64,000 nt of DNA. Origin: Amphiscolops sp. MND2022. Its lineage: Eukaryota. The notes beneath the pieces were generated by a model. It made no database searches, was not told the origin of the DNA, and saw nothing but the letters and a program-made list of their open reading frames with translations. Within the stretch, counting starts at the first letter, position 1; every line of letters starts with the position of its first letter. Shown piece after piece: positions 50,101 through 61,776 of the stretch. Location of the stretch: assembly GCA_964187785.1 (NCBI GenBank), contig OZ076409.1, positions 12,526,001 to 12,590,000 on the forward strand, read 5' to 3'. A program made the translations under genes and the position numbers.

Positions 50101-53100
50101 GAAGAAAATGTTATTAACATACTAGCTGAACGAGCTGAATTGAACTTGAAATAAGGACCTTTATTCGCTGCCCAATCAAAACGCACCGAAAACAAAACTA
50201 ACTTACGTAATGACGGTACCGAGACACAAAATCAGCATGAAAAGAACCAATCACATACGAATAGAATACTCGAGAACATAAACCACGTGATAAAAACTGA
50301 ACAGGCCGAACGAATTACATTCGGGCAGCCCGATATTAGCACTTTACAATCCAGTCGCAAATAGGTAAATACAGATAACGAAAACATGGACCGCGAAAAC
50401 TTCCACCATTGGGGGGCACTTCCACCCGTGAAAATATGGAGGTTATCAGACGCCGAAACAACAGTCCGGAAACGAGAAGATTGGTGGAGCAAACGCCGAT
50501 AGTACCACGAAAGCCAGAGAACAATATTCGCGCCACCCTGCCCGAATAAAAGACGCGGAGGAGAAGAGATTCCGAAGTCGACGCGGAGCCCCTGAAAAGA
50601 GCAAACTGGGTGGAGGATATCAACCAATACAGGAGGAGCCCGAAGAGAATCTGGAAGAATAAAAAAATGATCAAGAACCGGAAGATACGGAATAAGACAG
50701 CATAATAATGCGCAGAGATAACCTACCAATATTTTACTTGAACAAGTACAACAGACGGGACAGGAAGCCAAATACATCCAGATCAACCACATTGTAGGAA
50801 ATCTGACAGCGAACTAGAAGGTGACCGAAGGAAACATCAAAAAAGCTGAATTTGAATTCAAGTAGGATCGACAGACATTAATCTCAAAAACTGCAATAGC
50901 TTCGGAACCCACTTCATTACAGTGCCAAAAGTGGGTATTTTGAGTTTTTGCAGCGGATTTCGCTGGACGGCATTTTTGGAAAGCCTACAGCGTAATCCAC
51001 TAACAAATGCTGTTACGTTGCAGTCGATTCCACTTTTTTTGGCAATTTTTCTGCAGTGAATTTTGCTGCAAAGCATTGGATACCACTATCGAATACCCTA
51101 AACATTCGAATGTTCAAGTGGATTCCACTAAACACTGCCGTGGATTCCACTGAACGCTAACGCGATTGGTTCAATTCAGTTGGCACTGAAACACAGTGGA
51201 TTTCGATGCACGCTTTTTTGTACATCAGCTAGATATGTTAGTGGAATCCAAAACAGGCTACAGCGGAATCCATTGAAAATCAGTGAAATACATGTTCACC
51301 AAGACGTCAGTGGATTTCGGTGACCTAATAGCACAAAAGTGTGCTAACCCACTTTTGGCACTGTAATGTTGTGTCGGAACCAGCATGCGGCGGGAAGACC
51401 GAGAAGCCGCACCAGACGGATACAAGCCTATTCCAAAAAACTGTCAATCCGGTGGAGCCTTGTGTTCGTCCATGATCAGATAGTAGTATCAATCGACCTC
51501 AGAAGACGAATGCTAGATATCCTGCATTTCGGCCATTCCGGAATGACGAAGATGAAGACCGAAGCCAAGATTTTCTGGTGGCCGGAGAAACAGAACGACA
51601 TCGGAACAAAACTCAAGGACTGTACGGCATGCATCGCATCAGCTAAAAATTTAAAAAACCAACTACCGAGAATACATTACGAAAAGCCAGTGATCGAAAC
51701 CGGGGAAAAGATACAAATCATTTTCAAGGGAAAATAACACAACAAAATATCTACAGATATGTGCAACTATTATTTGCGGTGGACAGAATAAGCAAATGGC
51801 CAACCGAAAAAATTCGCAAAACTTCGGAAACAAAAGAAGTGATACCACTTTTACAAGCAATTTCAATTTAAACAAAAACCCGGAATAAAATCAGAACTGA
51901 TAAAGGGGGCGCCTTTAGCTCAAAAGAATACCGGGAATTTTGTAAAAACAGAACTAAAGAAATTGAAAACTGTACACCCCGAATACATACGGAAACGGAA
52001 CAGCAGAACGAGCAATACAGAGACAATCAAAAATTTAGTAATAGCAAATATGGAAGACTGGAAAAAATAACCGAAAGCGATTCACCACACACCGGAATAA
52101 AGAAAACACCTTTACAATGCACCACTTAAGTAAACCAAGAACCAAACTAACAAACATTATTAGAGACGGAAAAACATATTTATTTGATTGGTCAGAACCT
52201 TCTATTTCAGCTCTAATATGGCCAAAGATACCAATCCATGTGGGCCGTGATGCAGACGATGAAATCACGAAGCACATCCTGATGGCAGATGGCACAAACT
52301 CAAGCTGAACAAAACAGTCAGCAGAAGGTCCGAAATCACGGCAAAAAATATGGTTTGCTAACCCCTTGATTTTGTTGAAACAAATCGCAACAAGAAATCT
52401 TTAGAAGGAAAGTTTCATGACAAAATACAAAAAGCAATAAGTGGAACCGAAAGTACTGTGAAAACAGATACCGGAAAAACAATAAGCTGAAAATTTACTT
52501 CGGGTCCTTTATTTCAGACCAAGAAGAAATTAAGGCGGCAACAGATACCGCTAGCCAACAGCGAAATACCACTGAAGAACAGACACTTTCTACGAGGTCT
52601 AGACGGAAAGTATGGGTCATACTCAACGGCAAGCTAAAGATAGTGCAAATCCAAAAAAAGACAGACACCGATACGAAAGAACGGGATGACGATAATGATG
52701 ATGAAGAAGGAAAGCCCGAAACAAGGCATTGCTAAAGATAGTGCAAAACCGCGAAAAGGCAGACCCCGAAACGGAAAAAGAGGATGACGACGATGTTGGT
52801 GATGATGAAGGAATGCCGGAAACAATCGGAAGACCATCTTATGACACCTCCGAACACAATGACAGATACGCTCGATACAGACAAACCCTGAGGATGATAC
52901 ATACAATACAAATACATACCGATGGAGAAATAACGGGTGATAATACTGAAACTATGAATCGGCGCTCAAACGGAAATGTAAACAAATCAGGTAGATACGC
53001 CAGTATACTTTATGCATGAAACCTTTGTGGCTAAACTGTAAGTAACAAATAAATGATTAATTGTTTGTTATACGAAAGAAGTGGAACCGACCCAAAGGGA

Positions 53101-53472
53101 CTCAGCAACCGGAAAATGTTCAGAAGCCAGCAGGTTTCATTCTCAGCGACCCGTAACAAACCCCACCAGGACCAACCTCTACTTCTGCATCGAAATTTCT
53201 CTTCGATTAGAAGCAAAGAGATTTGAGAAGGAGACAGAGGTGGAAATGTTATACGGTTCATCCGTCTAGTTGACCTCTACCGTACTTCGTGATACCAACA
53301 TAGTTTGACACTATAGACCTTACGAGTTGTTAGTCAACAAACCCAAAAAATAGTTTAGATTGTAAATATCCATTCTTGATATACGTTTTGATCAAGTGAA
53401 GTTACTAAATTGAATGTACTATATTTTATACCCTTTTCCAATTCTTAGATACCTTAGTCGTAGAATACAACA
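47182..53472 (+). mobile_element. Older, heavily decayed full-length copy of the same Mag-like gypsy family
   Basis: LTRs 47182-47380 (199 bp) and 53247-53472 (226 bp); TSD GCGCT (47177-47181, 53473-53477); PBS TGGCGCAGTCAGC; PPT before 53247. Fragments such as MKEKALELKKTIELIKQN, DEDCFVSPVVI and LHFGHSGMTKM are collinear with the 18022 element. Confidence 0.95.
50915..51368. mobile_element. CMC/EnSpm-like MITE nested in the gypsy pol
   Basis: Perfect 22-bp TIR CATTACAGTGCCAAAAGTGGGT; 2-bp TT duplication; removal restores the pol frame relative to the other copy; internal gtggattcc repeats. Confidence 0.75.
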
Positions 53473-54499
53473 GCGCTCTATCCGAAGTTCTGACGTTTTA
53501 TGCGAAGTATTTTGGGTTTCACTAAGGAGGAAGCGGAAGTTGGAAAACATTGCGTTATTTCCGATTTTTTTTTATGACGAGCGTTTTTTCGGTACTATGC
53601 TGCATTTTGAAATTTGTCTTTATCGAAGCCCCTTAGATTTTCACTAGAAACAAAACGTTTTGCGAGCACAGAGGAGTCCTTAGGGTTTCCGGCATTATAC
53701 GACTTATTGGAGACAATTTTCGAAAAAACTCCCAAAATGCCCGATATTTTGACCTAACTTTGAAAAGTGGTTTTCTGAATACATTCCCCACCAATAGATT
53801 TTGTCAATGTACAATAGTTCTTCAGAATTGCTCAAAATGAAATTTTGTTCGAATTGCGAACCCTCAAGTCTCAGTAATGTAAAAAGAAATGTCTTCAAAT
53901 TTTGATATATTTAGGTTAACGAACTTTCTCTGTCCAGGGACCGCTCACAATTTGTGAGATGAAACAATTAGTATAGACAGAATTGTGTATTTTTTGCAAT
54001 ACTTGGATTCAAGAAGCCACTGTGGCCTGAGGAGAACAATAAATAATGACAGAAAAATGCGGAAAAACCTTGGAGGTAATCAATATATAATCAACGTTTT
54101 ATCGAAAACGAAATCAACGTATTCCAATTTGATTGTTTGCCCAGCAGTGTATAGCTTTCATGATGTACTGAAAGATCATCATTCATTCAATTGGGGGTCA
54201 AACAGTGTCTACATGTTTATCGTTTAACGGTCATCAGCAGAATGTTTCATATATAGTGGCTCCAAGATGTTTTTTATTACTGGGTCCAATTTTTCTCCTT
54301 TTGACTGAAAAATCAGGTTCCAAAATTTTGTACAATGTATTTCGTCGATTTGAGAATACGTTTCTAACATACCGCCTAGATTTCACACAGTAATACAAAC
54401 AGAAAGATTCTCTGACAATTGCCAATCATTCAGAGTTAGTTCCATAAAATGTAACACTGCTCGAGGCGTCTGAGAATTATTCTAAAATATCATCAGTAA

Positions 54500-57400
54500 A
54501 GAAAATTTTCTTAGTTTACCGACTGACTGGTCTAGTGAAAACACCGTTCTCACTTTTACATAGAGCACGAACTTCTCGGGTCTGCTATACAAATACGTTA
54601 TTTGACCAAGGGGCCACTGGAGCAGAGCAACATCATCATCGGTGAAGTATACAAAACTACCGATTCTTGAATTTTCGTTTTCGATTTTCCATTTTAGACT
54701 TTATTGCAAAGAACAAACGTACTTGTTTGTTTGACGCTTCTTGAAAAAACTATTCCCAAGAAAAACCAACGTTTTTGGGGAGAATTTTTTTCACGTCATC
54801 TGGTACTCTAGTATTTTCAATGGGAAAGCGTTTAAGTTGCCATCACAACACAGTTGTGCCGCTGTCAATTGGTTAGGATCCTTTGGAGCTTCCTACAAGA
54901 TGCCTATTGGTCTTGAGTTCAGGACCCTTTCGATTTGGCAGAACAAAAATGTTAATTCCTCAAAAGAGAGCACCTTGTTCCTCATACCTTTCCTCAAATC
55001 GTATTTGGCTCTTTTTATGGAGGCCTCCCATAGCTCTTTGAAATGAGGATCAGGTGGCTGTATCAACTTCCGCTTTATATGCAAATTGGCAGCTTCAGCT
55101 GGAGAGGATTCTGCGTGTTCATTTTTCAAAATATTCAGCGAAGATTAATTTTCAGTGTTTATTCCGGCGAAGTTCGATCCATTTTCGGTGTATATCATAG
55201 CAGGGCAACCTAGCCTGGCAGTAAAATGACAAGTTAGTGTTGTTAGATCAGATACGGCTTCAAGTGCACTGCGCGACTAGAGAAGCACACGAATTGAGCA
55301 AGATACGCCTTTATTGATTTCTTATGTGCTCCGGTTCAGGGGAAGGGACCTCCAAAGTCTATTCCTATATCATGAAATGCTTTTGTTGCGCTCCGTCTAT
55401 TCGAAATTTCGAGAACGTCAGACAAAAAGGGCACGATGGCTTTTGTTGTAAGCCGACCACACTTCACACAACTGAGAATAAACGTTCTGACTTCACTACG
55501 ACTTGCTGGGATCCAAAAGTTTGTTTAAATTGTGCCAGTTGGTGCCCCCATGCAGGGTGTTTCAAAATACATTGGCGAGTATCAAAGCTGATTCTCAGAA
55601 GGAGCGCTTTTTCGGTACTTTGCCTCGTGGAGCAAGTTCGCATGCACAATAATCCGTCCACCCACACACAGAACATAATCGTGAAGAAATGGGTAGAACT
55701 TCAAAATCTCACTGATTTTGTCCACTTGGCTTCAAAGTGGTTAGCCCATCCTTTTACAACAAGCCTTGATCCTGTCGTAGTAGAATGCACAGAGCTTCAC
55801 TCTTTTCATCAGATGTTACATATCTTGGAAGGTTTTCATCCACTCCCTTGAACCGGGAAGTGCTCGCTTAACAGTTGCAACATTTCTCAGAAACGTTTCA
55901 AAAGAATTATGTTTATTAAATCAAAAATTATCTTTGTAATCTTAGACTCTGTCACACTTAGTACCTTTTGATCACGGTTGTGCTCCGTTACCTTATGATT
56001 TGGGTTTCAGTTCTTCGTTTGTCTCGCAAAACTGATGCTGTTCTGGAAACTGTTTGGTGACCAACCACAGGACCAGTCCACCAAAACGTGATCATCCAGC
56101 ACTTGAGAATCGACTCCTGTAGATGCAGATTCAGCTGCGTTATTTTCACCTCGCACATGTCCTCAAGTAATATCGGCTTGTTCTTGAATTTTAGAAACAA
56201 TTCATCACGAAAGGAGACCTTCATTAGGTTCCTTCAAAAGTCAAAACGAAGCAATTGTGGAGTCGGTACATGCGTGTTTTGACTGGATTTTCATTTTCAA
56301 CTTTGAGATGAGAGACTTTTTCCCAACGGCTCACCACTAAAAGTGGGGCGCACTTTCGACTCAAAGAAAGGACAGTCAGATAGATCTAGCAAGCTAGATT
56401 TAATGTTATCTTCTTTATCACAAGCGACCAACATAAACACAGGCAGCATAACTATTTTCCGAGATGTCGCAAAGTGTAGATTCATCTCATCAAAATGCTC
56501 GTCACGGAGAACTAGTCCATCAATAGCGATTTTGATTAGAGGCATCAATTTTGTCCTCGTTTGGTGATAAATTTTCGGAACCTCAGAAGGAAAGATTGCA
56601 TTCCAGTCAGTCTGCATTTTCAGACTTCTTGCATTAGCTGCTTCAATTGCAAGATAACTGGCGAAAGTCAATCAACGGGATCTTCAGCAAAAAAACTTCA
56701 ACAAAATCATTCAGGATTCTTTGTAAAGCCTTTCGGATAAATCCAGCTCCAGGTGTTTGGCGGTGAATGATTGTGAATGATTATTTGTCCTTGATGGGAC
56801 TACAAACAGTGACAAGTATCTTGATAGTATGGTTTTCATTCAGAAATAAGAAGTAATCACTTGTTTCGCGATGCTCGACTGGAAGACCTTGGGTTAGCCT
56901 GGCATCACTGCATGTCCATTTACGAAGATCAAACTGTCCTCGTTTTAAAGTCTCAGTGAGACCGGGTGAGCTGCTTTCAAGTTTTTGCATGATTTAGAAC
57001 GTCATCCCCATAGAAGTCGCCATTGACGGGTTCCTTCACACTTTCAGAAAATCAGAATTTGAAACATTATATGTTACTCAAGTCATTCGATACGTCGAAA
57101 TTGGTTCATTCGGAGTATTGTCTTTGATTTTGTGCCGTAAAATTTTGTGCCAATAGCGATCCTCAAAAAAGAGTTCATCCTGGCGATACGTTTTTGCCAA
57201 AACCGCTGACATTGCAATTTTGAAAATTTGAAACCTGAATTAAATGTATGAGTCAATCCTCTTCATATATGGTCAATTAACAAACAATCGTTGAGCCAGT
57301 AGTTGGTAGTAGTTTTTGAACTTTCGTCGAAGACAACGCGAAATTTCGTGATAGATCTGCTTCTTTCATTACGCAATGATGAATGATGCTGCAAGACAAA

Positions 57401-59200
57401 CTTCCCCTCGTCGTCCAATTGATTGTCTGGTACCTTTTCTCAATGTTCTAGAATATTGAACTCTTGGATAAACCCAGAGTATCGTTCCTTCAGAGACAAA
57501 TCATTACTTAATTTTGTCTCAAGATCAAGAAATGGGCGCATCGCGAAAGCTCTGCTTGACCCCAAAGCTGGTCCGCAATATTTCAACCGCATTTCAACGA
57601 CAAATCGTCGGTCATCGTTCGGCTTCGATGTACGGTCGAAATTTTCAACGCGTTCACGTTCTGATTTGGTCAGGTGTTTTTCCTCAGGTACGGTTTCAAG
57701 TTCTCAAAATTGGGTAACATAGATTTTGTTGGTATGAAATGAACCACAATATGTTTGTTGCTTCTTTATCTTGTTGAAAGGGTCCATAGACAATTCAACC
57801 TAAAATTCAGAGGCGTAGTACATTTTCTTTGAAATTTCCTTTTCTGATTGATACTTCCAGAACATCTGCTCCAAAGAAAATACCAATTTGTCCTCGGAGT
57901 TGCGGTTTGGATCAGTCAGTTTGAGATTTTTGATGCTTTCCAGCGTTAGGGGTCTTCATTTTTTGAGGATAAACAAGATTCGGAATCTCGGGATCAAGAT
58001 GAAGATTGACAAGTACTGTATCATTGAGGACGGTTGACAAAATTTATTTCGTTTTTTGTGAAGATGATGATGTTTCTTCCATGAAGTTTCAATTTCAATG
58101 CATTATCTCTACTTTCACTTACAAAACAAGCTTTTGATTCGGAGTCATGCATGGCTCGGAGAGTCACTGGAGTGCCATCGGCACCCTTGGATATTTTGTA
58201 GGCTGTTGATAAAAGGACAGTTTTCTGTAGACTGTCTGCTCCTCATTGATTATTTGCAACTGTCTCTACGACAGAACTAACCTGGACTTCTTGAAAACTG
58301 TCTTCAACATCGACAGAAGTAGTTTTCACTTGAGACTGGCGGTGGTACAAGGTATGATGCCTCTGTCTGTACTCTCTACATGTAATCCTACACGGACAAT
58401 TACTGACATTTTGACCAAGTTGAAGAACGTTGTAGCATGCACGCTTGGCTTTTACAACATTGAAGCGTTCCGGTATTGAAAGAGTTTTGACTTTCAGCAA
58501 CTCATGTAACTAATGTTGTACGTTGCACACGTCCATACATGATACTGGCGCTCTATAAACCTGACATTGTCTCTCGCATGCATTCTGATTGCTGGCTTGT
58601 TAGGAAACTTGCTTTGAAAGACTCGATTCAAGTGGTCGACTTTTTGTTTTGAGAAATTGTGCTAGTTGATCCAGGGTTGGAAGTTCAATTTTTGCATGCT
58701 TAAGTTGCCATTGGTTGTGAGAATCGTCCTGGGATCTTTTTTCCCAGAGCCAAGACACGATGAGGGAATGTCTTTGATCAGTGGGTTTCCGGAGTTCTTT
58801 CAAACAGCTAAGGTGCTCATTCGTGACTTCCAACGGTTGTTTGAGGCTGCTTGCAGATTAAACCCTTACTGAGTGTTGAAACCAGATAGATTGGAGGTTA
58901 GCGTGAATGATGCTCCGTTTTGGCGTTGTTTTAGGTCAGTAGGCCCAAAGCATTAGTAGAGTTAACATCACCATACCAGTTACTGCCGCATTGAAAAGAT
59001 CAAAGAGTGACATCCGTTCAGATTATTGTCCACTGAAGGTTGGTAAATTTAGTTTTGGCAAGCATTTTCTATCTCGGAAAGAACAGCTTCCGCTTTACAA
59101 GGCTGGTTTCTAATACTGTGTTTACATTGTTCAAAATGTTTTCTAGACCCGTAAATGGTCCTTTGTGGCCACCTCGCACTTTAATTCTTTTGTTTGAGGT
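54500..59200 (-). mobile_element. Decayed BEL/Pao LTR retrotransposon internal region
   Basis: Gag RACYNVLQLGQNVSNC..C..RQRHHTLYH and ELPTLDQLAQFL; RT LKRGQFDLRKWTCSD; integrase PHFKELWEASIKRAK..LSFEELTFLFCQIERVLNSRPI. Many stops; LTRs not identified. Confidence 0.9.
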
Positions 59201-59789
59201 CTAATTTTTAATTTTTATTTGATTTGAAATCAACAAGGATCTTCTGTCAATCGCTCAACGACAAATTCCGAAGGTCCACTGTTAGTTTTCCTAATACGAA
59301 TACCACCTTCGGTCAAATTGGTTGTTGTGTTTGCTCTTACTATGTTATAGGCAGTAAAAAAATTAGTTTTAGGAAAAATGGCCAATTGTACAAAATCTGT
59401 ACCTTCATTGAAGTTCATTGAAGCATTTGAAGCCTGCTTCATTGAAGCCTGCTTTGTCTTGTGAAATTTTTCTTCTTTTCCGAATACCACAGTGAATAAA
59501 CTGCTTGTTTTTAAACGTGTTTAAAACGAAAATTTTTAAATTTTTTAAAAATTTTTTGAAAGCGATAGTTTAATTTCAGCAACAATTGTTTTTTTCCATT
59601 CTTTCAGCTGGGCGTGAAAACTTTTTTCGTTTAATGTAAACTGAATTTGTTTAAATTGAACGACATTCTAACTCAGAACATGATCGATGGTTCGAATCGA
59701 TGGTTAAAAACACGGCGTTTGTTCAGATTGAAAATCACAATTGTTTAATAGGAGAAAAAAACGTATAGTTCTTCCACTGATATTTTTTT

Positions 59790-60306
59790 GTATTTTTATA
59801 CTGCATTTTTTTGTATCCCGATTTGCCGTCTGCCCAATCCTTTCACCGTTTTGTTTTCCGTTTGTTTTGCCCGAAAGAATTGAACTGTATTTCGTTGCGG
59901 CAAGTAGTGGTCAGTAGAATCGAATTAGGTTTTTAATTCCAAGTTTATCCAGTTGTTTCGTATTCTGCTCTTGTTTTCCGGTATAGTTTTTCTAGTCGAT
60001 GCCCCCCCCCACATGAAGTCTTCTTGTTGCTTTTGTCCTTTTGCGGACCACCGGTTCCTGGTTTCCCGGTCATATCTCCTCTTTTCAGGGTCTGACTTTG
60101 TCATGTTGTATTTTAAGGTTAAGAAAACAAGTTTTCTAAAATACCTCTTTCCTCATGACAACCGTTTTCTATACTGAAATCTAGGCACAAATGCAAAACA
60201 ATGCATTGACAATTTGCGATAACGTCTGTCAACAGTTTCGTAGTACTGTCTATTATTTCGGAGTCGTAACTCGGTAGAATTCATTTCGGATCAACTCTAT
60301 ATAACG
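59790..60306 (-). mobile_element. Third, truncated Mag-like gypsy remnant (5' LTR, degenerate PBS, gag fragment)
   Basis: LTR-like 60104-60306 (tgttgtatt...ggatcaactctatataacg, cf. tgttgtatt...ggatgaaccgtataaca); minus-strand PBS tgacaaagtc; gag piece HYLPQRNT..FFRAKQTEN matches HYLPKRNT..FFWAKQSEN. Confidence 0.7.
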
Positions 60307-60850
60307 TTTTCGATTTTATAATGCTGATAGTGATCCGAACGGCAAACAGATTGGCGGATCGCAAAGATGAAACATCGAACTTGAAATGCAAGATTTTTTG
60401 AAGAAGATCTTAGCACGCTGGAGAACAAGGAACAAGCTTAATAAACGCATTAAAAGGTCAAGTTTTGATTTGGTCAATAAACCTGCCTAGAGCTACTCTA
60501 GGAAATAGTTCGCTATTACAATGTTTTGATTACTGAGTCATTTACCTGATTGATTCAGCCACTCGACGAAACTTGAAATGGAAGGGTGAATTATTTTATT
60601 TTGCCTTTTTTAGTGTTCCATTTTTAGGGTGCCCTTTTTGGTTTTTAACATTGTAATTTTTTAAAAAAATTTCCTTCAACAAAACTGAAGGCTTTCAAAA
60701 ATCACTAGTGTATTTAAAATCTGCAATTCGTATAAAATTTTTTTACTATTCCGATTTAAACCGAACTATGATTGAATCTCTTTGCCGCTTTTGCAAAACA
60801 TTATCTTGACTTATTCAGTCTGAAAATCTGGCAATTGCAAATGTCCATTT

Positions 60851-61300
60851 GTTAGTCGGTGCTTTCGTAAAAAGAGACGACTATAGTAGTGGTTTTTTCA
60901 ACACCAACGAAGTGACAGATTTTGTAAGCTTTATCGGCGGTAACGTATACCTGATATAACGTTTCCTGGATAATTTTTCAAAGCTGTAAACTGTGCCAAG
61001 GAGTCCCCTTCGACAATAACACAACCCATACCAGATTTAACACAAACTGGATATAACGAATTCTGGATACAACCAATACCGGATAGAACGTTTCTTGAAG
61101 AATTTTCAATGTTACAAAAGGGTCCCTCCTTTGGATTTTTATGGCGCAAACCCGATCTAACGCAAACCGGAATAACGAATTCAAGATGTAACGTATACCG
61201 TACTTAAACTCGCATAACATTTTCATAGTTCGGATAAAACGTTTCTTTTCTTGCATAGCGTTATTTTCTCCCCAAATTTTCACGCCTAATTTACGTCCAA
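60851..61300 (+). repeat. HINE-like 5' end followed by degenerate aacgtataccggata/aacgttt tandem units
   Basis: ttagtcggtgctttc...gcgacta-like start resembling 32501-32590; repeated taacgtatacc/ggataaaacgtttc. Confidence 0.5.
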
Positions 61301-61776
61301 AAAAAACTTTTGGCTCAGGTTTTCAGTACTATAAAATTTTGTTGGTGTGGTAGAGGGCGTTGTACATTAGATAAAATAATGGTGTGAAAATAATTAATTA
61401 CCCTATAATCAACAACCTGTTAAAACATGCCAAAGTGGCAAAAGAAAACAATTTGCCATAGATGACAGTTACGCCATAAAATACAGTTTCACACAGTCAG
61501 TTTTTTCTATTCGCATTCTTCGTTCTTCAGTTACTGCAAGACTATAACATGCCACTGCGCGCTGAGGAAGAATTTTCGAATTCACACCAACCAGGATTAA
61601 ACTGGTAGGACTTACTGGCAGGACGCTGAGAAACTGGCAGCAGGAAGTGATTGGGAGCAGTGGATCCAACTGCTCGAAGTTGCAACTTTGTCGAGACACT
61701 CTATTTCGGTCTCACGGTGTCTGAGAGGCTAAGTAATGCTGATCAACAGAATCCATGTGCAATGGCCATGATAGGC

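Noticed and set aside
61550..61776. GC-richer stretch encoding SDWEQWIQLLEVA
   Set aside because: May be a gag fragment, but it is too short and interrupted to call.
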